Source of the DNA: Candidatus Woesebacteria bacterium RBG_13_46_13
Lineage (GTDB): Bacteria > Patescibacteriota > Microgenomatia > UBA8517
DNA: 64,000 nt
Assembly (NCBI GenBank): GCA_001791995.1
Contig: MGFR01000001.1
Coordinates: 78,880 to 142,879, forward strand
Reading direction: 5' to 3'
The position numbers and the translations under genes were made by a program. Under the pieces are notes generated by a model. The model did not search any database. It was not told where the DNA came from and saw only the letters and a program-made list of their open reading frames with translations. How positions within the stretch are numbered: the first letter of the stretch is position 1; every line of letters starts with the position of its first letter. Below are positions 46,087 to 55,569 of the stretch, piece after piece.

Positions 46087-48450
46087 ATGGCTGACGATTC
46101 TAAATTCAAGACGCCCAGCGAGAAAACCGTTAAGTTCCTCTACGACGGCGTCGTGGCCTTCTATCCCGATGTTGCCAAGGAAGTCTTTCTTTTGGGAAAG
46201 ACAACCCTTCCTTTCCATGAGGCTTGGGGGGGTTTTAAACGTTTGGAGTTTTTGGAGTTTGCTCTAAATTCGACCGGCACGGAGTCCATTGAAGAGGCTG
46301 CGGCCGCAATCAGAGATTGGAAAGAAGGACGGCGCCTTGAACGAACAATCCCAGACAAACTGGACGAAATGGTTGCCAGGCTTGAGGAACAGGAAAGGCT
46401 GTCCCGGGAAAAAGGACAAAAAGCTGCCTCTGCTTATGAAAAGCAGAAGTTGGCCAAGGATGCTCTGCTTGAAAGCCAGAGGGCTAAGGAGACGGTCCCG
46501 GCACCCGTTTCTCCAGCCGTAGAGGCCCCAACTGCATCCCCCGAGGAAGTTTTGGCTGTTGGAGTTAAAACGACTGTTGAGCCGGGGCACTTTGTCCAAA
46601 AGGTAGTCAATAAAACCGTTTCGCTTCCTCTGCGTACGGCCATCTCCTTGGCATATCCCGCAATCAAAGAAAGCGTCGGCCCTGCCCCTGCGACCGCAAT
46701 GCTGCTTTGGGCCAAGGGCGTTCCTAGCCAAAAACTTGAGGGAAAGGCGGTTGCCCTACCCAGCAAGGAGGCTAAGAAGTTCGACGAACTCGTTAAAGCC
46801 ATCAAGGGGATAGAATCTGGCCGCTCTTTGCAAACCAGGATCCTTCAGGCGTCCTTTAGAATTAAAGATGTCACGCTGCTTCTGGGCCCCGATACGGGAC
46901 TAACACAAGCTCAAGTCTCTCTTTTTTTTAATCCTCCGGAAACTGGTGGGGTTGCTGCCATTCCCCACCAGTCTTTCTTTGGGAATCTCGTTTCCCGCGC
47001 TGGACAACAACTGTTCGGAAAGCTTGCCTCTAGGGCGGTTAAAGCAATCGCAACCAAGGCCGGATTGGCAATCGCCGGAGAGGCCGTGGGGACTGCCGCA
47101 GGAACAGAAGCCGGTGCGGCCGTCGGAGCTGCCGCGGGGGGGCCGGCCGCCCCAGTCACGGCCATCATCGGAGCCGTCCTCGGCTGGTTGGCCAGTAAAA
47201 TTCCGGACTTAATCTCCTGGCTAAAAAGAAACGCCAAGGAGTTCGGCGTAGCGGCGGCAGGGCTTCTTGCCGCCGGAGTTTTCTTCAGAAACCCTTTCCT
47301 GTTGGTCGCTGGGCTAGGGGTCGGAGGAATTGCTTTGGGAGCAGGAGGACTGCAGTCAGCCGGAATGGCTGCGGCAGGGGCTGTTCAGGGTGTTCTGGCG
47401 GGAATTACCGGGATGTTGTTGCCGTCTATCGCCGTGCCCGTCTTGGTGTCTTTGGTTGCCGTTCCGGTAGTCGTGGCCCTAATCCTTTTTATTATCAACT
47501 CTGGTGCTTATATCGTTCCTCCCAGCCCGAGCTCGTTATACGGGGCGATTGAGTCTCCTTATATAGGAATAGAGAAGACAGCCAGCCCTGAGTGTATGCA
47601 CCGAGCCGGCTGTCCCGGCTTTGGCCCTGTTACCTACCATGTCAAAATTTGGGCGAAGAAAGGAACCCTAACCAACATCTCCATCAAAAATGAATATGAA
47701 ATTATCAGCAGGACCAATCCGCCCTTTACGCCTCCTTCGGTGCCTGAAATCGACAGCCCCCCCGATTTTATCTCCCCTACCCGCGCCTATGAATTTACCT
47801 ATACGTTAACCGTTGGGCCGTCCCTGGATAACTCCATCGTTTCCGACACGATTACGGTTACCGCCGACGCTCCCGGCCAAAACGGCGCCCTGGCCAGCCA
47901 AAGCGCTGCCGTAATTGTCGGCAACCCTCCAGTTTCCTGTCCTCTCCCTGGAGGGCAATCCCAACCAATTCATTGGTCCTATCATCCCGGTAACGAATCC
48001 GGAGGCCACGGCAGCAACGATTACTGGAGAAGAATGGGCGGCTCATCTTGTAGATACTCGCTACCCCAGGGGGCGAACTGCTATGGGCCCACCAATGGCG
48101 GCAACGTTTGTTCCAATCAGTCATCCACCTGTGATTTCTACGGCTATGCCATGGACGTCTTTCCGTCGGGCAACACTCAGGTTTTTGCCCCCACCGTCAG
48201 GGGTCAAGCCGTGACCTGGAGCTACCAAGGGGGCTTCTCGAACGCCAGCGCCGGCCAAACTTTTATCTATCGATCCGGCTCTTACTACCTGGTCTTAACC
48301 CACCTTTCCCCCGGAGCAGCCACTGGGGGGTCTATCCAATCCGGGCAAAGAATTGGCCAGCTCTTCCCGCAGGGAGGAAACACACACCTGCATATCGAAT
48401 TTTCTGTCTCGGGAAGATACGTCAGGCCAGAAGACTATTTCTGCCGCTAG
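46087..48450 (+). CDS. T4SS-associated membrane protein with a C-terminal M23 (LytM-type) metallopeptidase domain
   Basis: 787 aa. The order is a cytoplasmic coiled-coil N-terminus, a Gly/Ala-rich multi-helix transmembrane region, then the M23 motifs HGSND (HxxxD) and HLH (HxH) near the C-terminus. Confidence 0.65.
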   Translation: MADDSKFKTPSEKTVKFLYDGVVAFYPDVAKEVFLLGKTTLPFHEAWGGFKRLEFLEFALNSTGTESIEEAAAAIRDWKEGRRLERTIPDKLDEMVARLEEQERLSREKGQKAASAYEKQKLAKDALLESQRAKETVPAPVSPAVEAPTASPEEVLAVGVKTTVEPGHFVQKVVNKTVSLPLRTAISLAYPAIKESVGPAPATAMLLWAKGVPSQKLEGKAVALPSKEAKKFDELVKAIKGIESGRSLQTRILQASFRIKDVTLLLGPDTGLTQAQVSLFFNPPETGGVAAIPHQSFFGNLVSRAGQQLFGKLASRAVKAIATKAGLAIAGEAVGTAAGTEAGAAVGAAAGGPAAPVTAIIGAVLGWLASKIPDLISWLKRNAKEFGVAAAGLLAAGVFFRNPFLLVAGLGVGGIALGAGGLQSAGMAAAGAVQGVLAGITGMLLPSIAVPVLVSLVAVPVVVALILFIINSGAYIVPPSPSSLYGAIESPYIGIEKTASPECMHRAGCPGFGPVTYHVKIWAKKGTLTNISIKNEYEIISRTNPPFTPPSVPEIDSPPDFISPTRAYEFTYTLTVGPSLDNSIVSDTITVTADAPGQNGALASQSAAVIVGNPPVSCPLPGGQSQPIHWSYHPGNESGGHGSNDYWRRMGGSSCRYSLPQGANCYGPTNGGNVCSNQSSTCDFYGYAMDVFPSGNTQVFAPTVRGQAVTWSYQGGFSNASAGQTFIYRSGSYYLVLTHLSPGAATGGSIQSGQRIGQLFPQGGNTHLHIEFSVSGRYVRPEDYFCR

Positions 48451-48464
48451 TGTAAAATAAAAAA

Positions 48465-48920
48465 ATGAAGGCTTTTTTAAAGAAATACAGATTCGTTATT
48501 CTCCTGATAGCTATTTTTCTCTTGATCGCTGCTTTCTTGTTGGTCAAAAAAAATCAAAGCCCAGCCCCTTCCCCCACCCCAACCCCTACCCCACTTCAAC
48601 TTGTCCAGTTTTATCCTTCCCAGGGAGAACAAGAAATTGCGGTGCCCTTGGTTGCCCTGGCCTACACCTTTTCGACCCCCGTTGATTCCTCTACTGCAAA
48701 TATTATTATTTCCCCCTTTGTCGGCTTTGAACTTTCAACCGATGCCAGCGGAAAAATTCTCTATATCACCCCCACCGCAGAATGGAAATACGACACTCTG
48801 TACAAGGTTACAATAACGATAAGCTCTAAAGAGGGGGTTACACTTTCTACACCAGTGGAGCATTCATTCCTGTTCAAGAAGGTCAGCAAAAGCAACTTCG
48901 ACGAAAACTGGGCTCTTTAA
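48465..48920 (+). CDS. membrane-anchored Ig-like (Big-type) domain protein, hypothetical
   Basis: 151 aa with an N-terminal transmembrane helix, a PTPTPTP linker and a beta-rich domain. Confidence 0.5.
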   Translation: MKAFLKKYRFVILLIAIFLLIAAFLLVKKNQSPAPSPTPTPTPLQLVQFYPSQGEQEIAVPLVALAYTFSTPVDSSTANIIISPFVGFELSTDASGKILYITPTAEWKYDTLYKVTITISSKEGVTLSTPVEHSFLFKKVSKSNFDENWAL

Positions 48921-50020
48921 GACTGAACCCTGACCGGCATGATTAGGTGGATAAAATCAGGGTCGGAGGCGTCCTTAAAGACCCCTGGTGAGCCTGGGGA
49001 CGAAAGCTCAACCCTGAGTGTCTCTCCCTTAATCGCGTGCAGTAGCTCTTCCAAAAAACGATAGTTAAAGGCAATTTCAAGACCCGGCCCTTCGGTTTTG
49101 GCCTCAACCTGTGTTTTTTGGTTTCCGGCCTGAGAGCTTTCAGCAAGAACTTCGACTGAGTTTTTCCCGATTGAGAGTTTTACAATGTTGGCCGAATCCC
49201 GGGCAAAGACCGAGGCCAACTTCACCGCTCTCAAAAAGTCTTCCTTGTCCAATTCCAGCGAAAGAGAACTTTGCTTTGGCATTATTTTTTCGAAATCGGG
49301 GAAATCCCCCTCCAGAACTCTTGAGGAAAGGACTGTATCCGAAAAACCAAAGACAATCTGGTTTTCCTTTTCTTTGTAGTCAAATAGAATTTCCTGCTCC
49401 TCCGGCGCCAGCCTTAAACACTCTATTAAGGCCGTTTTGGGGATAATTACCCGAGAGTTTAACTTACCCGGCAAGGAGATTTTTTTCTGGGAGAGCCTAA
49501 ACCCGTCAGTGGCAACCAGCGTTAACTTTCCAGAAGCGAAGATCATCAATGCCCCAGTAAGTACTGGTCTGGTTTCGTCTATCGAGGTCGAGAACAAGAC
49601 TTGCCCCAGAGCATTAAGGAAAGGCTCTTTGGGAAAAGGAACGGCCCTGGCTACTTCAATTTTTTGCGGAACCGAGGGAAAATCCGCCGAGTTCATTCCG
49701 GAAAGCACGAGGGTAGAGCTTTGGGATTCGATTTTAAGCTGCTCCTTTTCCGAAGAGATAGACATACTACCAGGAAGCAGGTTGGCAACTATCTCGGTGA
49801 TGGATCTTGCAGGGACCGTAATTTCTCCCTCCTCTTTCACCTGGGCTCCGATTGAGGAGGCTACTGAAATTTCCAGGTTTGTAGAGGCAACAATAAGTTT
49901 TGTTTTGGTCGCCTTAAGCAGGATGTTTCCCAAAACGGGAAGTTGGGCCTTTGGACTAACAAAACGCGAAGCGCTTACCAGGGCCTTGTTTAGGTTTTCT
50001 TGCAAAACTTCTAATTTCAT
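48917..50020 (-). CDS. dnaN: DNA polymerase III beta sliding clamp
   Basis: 367 aa whose N-terminus is MKLEVLQENLNKAL... It lies downstream of dnaA. Confidence 0.9.
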   Translation of the reverse strand: MKLEVLQENLNKALVSASRFVSPKAQLPVLGNILLKATKTKLIVASTNLEISVASSIGAQVKEEGEITVPARSITEIVANLLPGSMSISSEKEQLKIESQSSTLVLSGMNSADFPSVPQKIEVARAVPFPKEPFLNALGQVLFSTSIDETRPVLTGALMIFASGKLTLVATDGFRLSQKKISLPGKLNSRVIIPKTALIECLRLAPEEQEILFDYKEKENQIVFGFSDTVLSSRVLEGDFPDFEKIMPKQSSLSLELDKEDFLRAVKLASVFARDSANIVKLSIGKNSVEVLAESSQAGNQKTQVEAKTEGPGLEIAFNYRFLEELLHAIKGETLRVELSSPGSPGVFKDASDPDFIHLIMPVRVQS

Positions 50021-50099
50021 TTCAGTTAGAGTATACCCTATTTTTATTATTCAAATAGTAGGGGTAGTAGTAGGGGTTGTTCATATGTGGAAAGACGAG

Positions 50100-50208
50100 C
50101 CTGTTTGAGCGTGTGGTCTTTGTTTAAAACAGTCACGGGGATTTGTGGAAAAACCTGTGGACAACTTTAGCCTGGATGTTGATAAGTGGGGTTCTCGATA
50201 ATCTGTCC
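50100..50208. promoter_or_regulatory. DnaA-box-like cluster and AT-rich stretch in the dnaA-dnaN intergenic region
   Basis: TGTGGAAAA at 50144-50152 and TGTGGACAA at 50156-50164 are the reverse complement of TTATCCACA-like boxes. TTATCC appears at the dnaA end. The AT-rich run TATTTTTATTATTCAAATAG lies at 50040-50060. Confidence 0.45.
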
Positions 50209-51576
50209 TCATAGCGAATTTTTTATCCCCAAGATATCCTGACGGATTTGCACATCGTTCGAGAGCAAGAAACTAATCTTTTCCACAGCGTGCATCACGG
50301 TGGTGTGGTCCCTTCCTCCCACCAGTCTTCCGACTTCTACCAAAGGCAGTTGCAGCTGGGTCCGTAGGAGGTACATCAAAATCTGTCTCGGTCTGGCAAC
50401 GGGCCTGGCACGGGAAGCCCCCAAGAGGCTTCTTTTGCCCAGAGAATAATATTTAGCAACAGAGTTAACAACGTCGGCGGGGCTGGCCTTAATTGGTTGT
50501 CCGTTTTCCTCCCCCCTCTTTCCCAACAACGAGCCCACGAGCTCCTCGTTTATCTCGCTATTTCTTAATCTGGCCTCGGAAGAAAGGCGCACCAAAAATC
50601 CCTCCAGCTTTCGGGCGGAGTCGATATTTCCGGCAACCATTTGGACGATGTTCATGGGCAACTCGACCCCTCTCTCTTTGGCTTTAATCTGCAAAATAGC
50701 ACAGCGCAGTTCAAAGTCTGGGGCGGAAATGTCCACGATCAGGCCGGCTTCAAATCGGCTTTTAAGCCTTTCTTCAAGCTTCGAAATTTCCGAAGGCGGC
50801 CTGTCCGACGCCAGAATGACTTGCCCCCCGGCATTGGTGACGGCGTTGAAGGTGTGGAAAAACTCTTCCTGGACAGCGTCTTTCCCGGCGATAAACTGGA
50901 TGTCGTCAACAACCAGGGTGTTGAGCCTTCGGTATTTATCCCTGAAACTTTGGGTCGTTTTGTTTCTGATCCCTTCGACGATATCGTTGGTAAACTCCTC
51001 CCCGGTGCAGAAGAGAACTTTTGCCCCGGAGTCTTTTCTTATCATTGCCACACCAACGGCATTCATCAAGTGGGTCTTTCCCACCCCGACTCCTCCCCAG
51101 ACAAAGAGCGGGTTATAAGCACTTCCCGGAGTTTTTACAACCGCTTCCGCCGCAGCCCAAGCCATTTGGTTTGAGGAAGAAACCGCAAAGTTTTCGAAAG
51201 TCAAGGCGGGTCTTATTCTGGCTTTTCTAAGGGAAGAGGCAAACCCCTCGTCGCCTTTTTCCTCCTCAAAAAGAGGAGTGGCTAAAATCCCCGCATCCGT
51301 ACTTTTAATAGGATCCTGTTTTACCGAGAAGACAAGGTCGCAAGGCTTCCCCAGAAAAGAAACCAGGGCATCCTGGAGTAGGCCGAAGTATCGGGATTCG
51401 ATTGTGGTTTTGACATAGGGGGAGTTGCAGCCAACAGAGGCGACAAAACGCTCCTTCTCTTTGTTCAGGCCCATGAGGTGTGTTTGGGAGAACCAGGTTG
51501 AAAATATCGCAGGCGAAACAGAAACCCTGACACTCTCAAGAATATCCCGCCAAAGAGTTTTATTGTCGTAGTCCAT
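50209..51576 (-). CDS. dnaA: chromosomal replication initiator DnaA
   Basis: AAA+ Walker A GVGVGKTHL and a C-terminal DnaA box-binding domain. The start is taken at the internal Met (MDYDNKTLWRDIL). Confidence 0.9.
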   Translation of the reverse strand: MDYDNKTLWRDILESVRVSVSPAIFSTWFSQTHLMGLNKEKERFVASVGCNSPYVKTTIESRYFGLLQDALVSFLGKPCDLVFSVKQDPIKSTDAGILATPLFEEEKGDEGFASSLRKARIRPALTFENFAVSSSNQMAWAAAEAVVKTPGSAYNPLFVWGGVGVGKTHLMNAVGVAMIRKDSGAKVLFCTGEEFTNDIVEGIRNKTTQSFRDKYRRLNTLVVDDIQFIAGKDAVQEEFFHTFNAVTNAGGQVILASDRPPSEISKLEERLKSRFEAGLIVDISAPDFELRCAILQIKAKERGVELPMNIVQMVAGNIDSARKLEGFLVRLSSEARLRNSEINEELVGSLLGKRGEENGQPIKASPADVVNSVAKYYSLGKRSLLGASRARPVARPRQILMYLLRTQLQLPLVEVGRLVGGRDHTTVMHAVEKISFLLSNDVQIRQDILGIKNSL

Positions 51577-51657
51577 AGCTGTCGGTATACATATGGCTTT
51601 TCTGGAGCAGTGGGGTGCACGAAAGTTAGCCCTATGACCCAATGCACTATTATAAAC

Positions 51658-51666
51658 TTATCCACA
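51658..51666. promoter_or_regulatory. consensus DnaA box TTATCCACA between dnaA and rpmH
   Basis: An exact 9-mer read from the sequence, located in the divergent dnaA/rpmH intergenic region. Confidence 0.55.
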
Positions 51667-51744
51667 TTTCGTCAACCCCCAAAAAACACGAAAGAAGAAA
51701 GTCTCGGCTCGAAATCTGGGTTTTCGTATGTTACAATCTAGAAC

Positions 51745-51885
51745 ATGTCGACCAAGAGAACAATGCAGCCGAGCAAGAAAAGAAGAATTAGGACTTACGG
51801 ATTTAGGGCCAGGATGAGTTCCGCCAAGGGCAGAAAGGTTTTAAAAAGGAGAAGCCTCAAGGGAAGAAAAAAAGTCTCCCTTTAA
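51745..51885 (+). CDS. rpmH: 50S ribosomal protein L34
   Basis: 46 aa: [46 protein letters not shown]. It is not in the ORF track because it is under 60 aa. Confidence 0.9.
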   Translation: MSTKRTMQPSKKRRIRTYGFRARMSSAKGRKVLKRRSLKGRKKVSL

Positions 51886-51896
51886 AAAGTCGATAC

Positions 51897-52241
51897 ATGT
51901 TGGCAAAAGAATATCTCCTGTCGGGCAAGAAAACGTTTGAGAATGTCCTTGCCACAGGCACGTTCGTTCAGGCGGAATCCTTCGGTTTGTGTTTTCTAGA
52001 AAGAGAAGACGGGTTAAAGAGCAAGTATGGATTTATAGTATCGACCAAAGTTTCCAAGGAGGCGGTCCAAAGAAACAGGATAAAAAGGGCCTTAAGTGAG
52101 GCGGTCAGGTTTTTGACCGCCGACATTGTCGCCGGATACGACGTTGTCTTTTTGGCAAAACAGAAAGCCACAGCAATATCCACGGACAACATGATGAACG
52201 AGGTCAGGGAAACCCTAAAGAAAGCAAATCTACTGAAATGA
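51897..52241 (+). CDS. rnpA: ribonuclease P protein component
   Basis: 114 aa with the RNRIKR motif. It lies downstream of rpmH. Confidence 0.88.
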   Translation: MLAKEYLLSGKKTFENVLATGTFVQAESFGLCFLEREDGLKSKYGFIVSTKVSKEAVQRNRIKRALSEAVRFLTADIVAGYDVVFLAKQKATAISTDNMMNEVRETLKKANLLK

Positions 52242-52465
52242 AGAAAACTATCTTATTTTTAAACAGTCTTTATAAAAGATTTATTTCAGTGCTCCTGCGT
52301 AATTTGTTTGGCGAAGGCTGTCGCTATTCGCCGACCTGCAGCGCTTACTCGGCCGAAGCCATAGAAAGATTCGGAGTAGTTAAGGGGACAGCCTTAAGTT
52401 TAAAAAGAATTGCGCGTTGTCATCCTTTTGCCAAAGGCGGGCTTGATCCGGTACCAGCAAAATGA
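52238..52465 (+). CDS. yidD: membrane protein insertion efficiency factor YidD
   Basis: 75 aa with the [10 protein letters not shown] and [12 protein letters not shown] motifs. Confidence 0.88.
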   Translation: MKKTILFLNSLYKRFISVLLRNLFGEGCRYSPTCSAYSAEAIERFGVVKGTALSLKRIARCHPFAKGGLDPVPAK

Positions 52466-53289
52466 ATATCTTTACCACATTTTTGATCCAGCCCTTAACC
52501 AACGGGCTGATACTGTTCTATAAACTCCTGGGAGGGAATCTGGGGATTGCGATTATTGCTTTTAGTCTTGCTTTGAGGTTTATTCTTAACCCCCTGACAA
52601 AACCCTACATGCAGTCGATGAAAAAAATGAAAGAGCTTCAGCCTCAACTGGATAAGCTCAAGAAAAAATACGCAAACGACAAGAAAGGACTACTTGAAGC
52701 CCAAGCGGAATTCTACCGCCAGGAAAAGGTAAATCCCGGAGCGGGATGTCTTCCTTACCTTCTGCAGATAGTCATACTTATCGCCCTGTTTAATGTTTTT
52801 ACCAGAGTTCTTTCTCCGGGAGTAGGAATAGAAAAACTAAACGAACTTCTTTATCAGCCTTTGCGTTTTGCACAAAACGAAACCCTAAAGACAAGCTTCC
52901 TCTATCTAAATCTGACGAAACCCGACGTATTCCGTATTCCTGGCGCTCCTTTTCCGATTCCTGGACCCCTACTTCTCTTGGCCGCTCTTTTGCAATTTGT
53001 TTCTGCAAAAATAATGGCCCCGGTGGTTAGCGCGGAGAAGAAAATTGCCCAAAAAACTGCAGGTGGGGCGGATGATATCCAGGTTGCAATGCAGCAATCG
53101 ATGACCTATACCTTTCCGCTTTTTACCTTGATCTTTGGAATGAGCTTTCCCTCGGGCCTGGCTCTCTACTGGCTTTTGTTCTCCTTCTGGCAAGCCTGGC
53201 AGCAATATCAAACGACCGGGTGGGGTGGGATGGCCCCCTGGATTTCAAAGCTCGGTTTGTTAAAATCTCAAACGAATAAAAATGGCTAA
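52462..53289 (+). CDS. yidC: membrane protein insertase YidC (short Oxa1-type)
   Basis: 275 aa with multiple transmembrane helices and the conserved hydrophilic loop with KKMKELQP. Confidence 0.85.
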   Translation: MNIFTTFLIQPLTNGLILFYKLLGGNLGIAIIAFSLALRFILNPLTKPYMQSMKKMKELQPQLDKLKKKYANDKKGLLEAQAEFYRQEKVNPGAGCLPYLLQIVILIALFNVFTRVLSPGVGIEKLNELLYQPLRFAQNETLKTSFLYLNLTKPDVFRIPGAPFPIPGPLLLLAALLQFVSAKIMAPVVSAEKKIAQKTAGGADDIQVAMQQSMTYTFPLFTLIFGMSFPSGLALYWLLFSFWQAWQQYQTTGWGGMAPWISKLGLLKSQTNKNG

Positions 53290-53761
53290 GAAAAAAGAAC
53301 CCGACACACAGGGTCTAATAGAGGATTTGGCCAAGAAACTCTTGTCTCTAATGGGGACGAAAGCTAAGGTCTCGGTAGAGGAAGACAAGGAAAACGAGGC
53401 GACGGTTGTCAATATCGAAACAGAGGAGGAGAGGGGGCTATTGATCGGCCGGCACGGAGAAACTCTTAACGCTATCCAAATCCTGTTGGGAATGATGGTC
53501 AGAAGCAGTTTGGGCGAGTGGAAAAGGGTAGTGGTTAACGTTGGGGACTGGAGAGAGCGACAAGAGGAACAGCTTATAAAGTTGGCGAAAGAAGTTGCCG
53601 ATAGGGCCAAACAAACAGGGGAACCCCAGCCTTTATACAACTTGAGCGCCTCACAAAGAAGACTAATCCACATCGAGCTGGAGAAAGACTCCGAAGTGAC
53701 TACCGAATCGACAGGGGAAGGACAGGATAGGTATTTGGTTGTTACTCCCAAAGGAAAGTGA
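53282..53761 (+). CDS. jag: Jag/KhpB-like RNA-binding protein (KH and R3H domains)
   Basis: 159 aa with the R3H-like block SQRRLIHIELEKDSEVTTESTGEGQDRYLVV. It lies downstream of yidC. Confidence 0.8.
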   Translation: MAKKKEPDTQGLIEDLAKKLLSLMGTKAKVSVEEDKENEATVVNIETEEERGLLIGRHGETLNAIQILLGMMVRSSLGEWKRVVVNVGDWRERQEEQLIKLAKEVADRAKQTGEPQPLYNLSASQRRLIHIELEKDSEVTTESTGEGQDRYLVVTPKGK

Positions 53762-55014
53762 CCAGCGCTTTTAAGCTAAACCCCAAAACCCTCTTTCAAT
53801 TATTTATTTTTTTACTACCGACCCAATTGGGATATCATTTTTGGCCCCAATGGGCCTATGTCTTCGGCATTAGAGTAGACTACCTCTCTCCTACAATTTT
53901 CTTAACAGATATTATTTTTGGAATTTTCTTACTTCTGTTTATTAAAAATGCAACCAAGGAAATCCGGGCAGGTTTATTAAAGGTTGCCCTGGTTGTGGCT
54001 TTGTTGGCAATAGTTAACATTGTTTTTTCAAGTAGCCCTCCTACGGCAATCTTCAAATGGCTAAAGGTAGCCGAACTTTCGCTATTGGTTTTTGTCGTAG
54101 CCAGACAAAAAGGGTTAAATTTTTCATCCTGGCTGGTTAAGCCACTAGTAACATCCGCCGCTGTATTTTCGGCAATCGGAATTGCACAGGTGCTCAAAGG
54201 CGGAACAATTGGTGGACTCTTGTATTATTTAGGCGAAAGAAGCTTTAACACCTCAACGCCCGGAATAGCCCTCTGGTCTTTTTGGGGAGAGAAGACCCTG
54301 CGGGCCTATTCAACCTTTTCCCACCCCAACTCTTTTTCCGGATACTTAGCTGTCGTCTTAATACTGACCACACATCTACTGCTAAAGGGAAAATTGTCGA
54401 AAAAATATTTACCCGCATTGTTCCTGGTACTATCAGCCTTTCTGTTGACAGTCTCTCTTGCGGCAATAGTATCCTTGGCCGCGGTATCTTTCGGATATGT
54501 CTTGGTCAGACAAGGAGGAAATTGGACAAAAAAACTTTCCGCAATGGTTCTCGTTGGTCTGGTAGTTCTTAGCATGGCAATGCCCACCTTCGCCAAGAGT
54601 TTTTATAAAGACACCAATACCTTTACGGAAAGTCTTTCAAAGAGACTCTCCCTTTCCATCAGCGCAGGACAAATGTTTTCAGAAAGGCCCCTTTTTGGTA
54701 TTGGCCTTAACAATTTTATTAGACGTTTACCGCAAGACAGTGGAATAATGCCGGCGATATGGTGGCTCCAGCCCGTCCACAACATTATTCTGCTTGTGCT
54801 CACGGAAACGGGCATTGTCGGGGCCTTAATCTTAGTGGGGATTCTGCAGATAGCTCTAACAAAAAGTTTGTCGAACAGGAGGATTGGGGTTTACTTAGCA
54901 ATTATGTTCATCCTGTTTACCGGGTTTCTCGACCACTATTGGCTCACCCTCCAACAAAACGAGATGTTGGCTGCGGGAGTATTGGGGCTATCTTTGAGAA
55001 AAAAGACCGGTTAA
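53758..55014 (+). CDS. O-antigen ligase-like (Wzy_C/WaaL family) polytopic membrane protein
   Basis: 418 aa with about 10 transmembrane helices and a periplasmic loop carrying HNIILLVLTETGIVG (consensus around HN..L). Confidence 0.65.
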   Translation: MTSAFKLNPKTLFQLFIFLLPTQLGYHFWPQWAYVFGIRVDYLSPTIFLTDIIFGIFLLLFIKNATKEIRAGLLKVALVVALLAIVNIVFSSSPPTAIFKWLKVAELSLLVFVVARQKGLNFSSWLVKPLVTSAAVFSAIGIAQVLKGGTIGGLLYYLGERSFNTSTPGIALWSFWGEKTLRAYSTFSHPNSFSGYLAVVLILTTHLLLKGKLSKKYLPALFLVLSAFLLTVSLAAIVSLAAVSFGYVLVRQGGNWTKKLSAMVLVGLVVLSMAMPTFAKSFYKDTNTFTESLSKRLSLSISAGQMFSERPLFGIGLNNFIRRLPQDSGIMPAIWWLQPVHNIILLVLTETGIVGALILVGILQIALTKSLSNRRIGVYLAIMFILFTGFLDHYWLTLQQNEMLAAGVLGLSLRKKTG

Positions 55015-55048
55015 AAACCGATAAGTCTTCTGATAAAATAACGAAGCG

Positions 55049-55462
55049 ATGCAAAACTATTTAAGTATCTATTGCGACGGGGGAGCCAGGGGCAATCCGG
55101 GTCCGGCAGCCGCTGCTTTTGTTGTCGAAAAGTCAGGTAAGGTTATCTATAAGGAGTCCAGTTTTTTAGGCAAGGCGACAAATAACACTGCGGAGTATTC
55201 AGCCGCAAGACTGGCACTTGCTTGGTTACAAAAACAAAATGATATTCCTAAGCAGGTTGAAGTAATCATGGATTCCGAGTTAGTAGTCAAACAATTGCTC
55301 GGGATATTTAAGGTAAAGAACGAAAATCTGAGAAATTTCTATTATTCTGTAAAGTCTATCGAAAAAAATATTCCGACAAAAATTATTTATAAGTCGGTAC
55401 CCAGGATAAAGAATAAGATAGCAGACTTTTTGGTAAATGAAACTTTGGATGAAAACAGTTAA
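55049..55462 (+). CDS. rnhA: ribonuclease HI
   Basis: 137 aa with the motifs IYCDGGARGNPGPAAAAFVV and TNNTAEYSAA. Confidence 0.85.
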   Translation: MQNYLSIYCDGGARGNPGPAAAAFVVEKSGKVIYKESSFLGKATNNTAEYSAARLALAWLQKQNDIPKQVEVIMDSELVVKQLLGIFKVKNENLRNFYYSVKSIEKNIPTKIIYKSVPRIKNKIADFLVNETLDENS

Positions 55463-55569
55463 AAATTTCACGTACCCCGTCACTTATAAAATTTCTTGCA
55501 CTTGAAAACAAAAGTTTTCCCGTTTTATTCGAAAAGCGATTTCCCAAAGAAATTGAAAAGCTGCGGAAA

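Noticed and set aside
50641-51174. Plus-strand ORFs inside dnaA
   Set aside because: They are shadow ORFs of a highly conserved gene.
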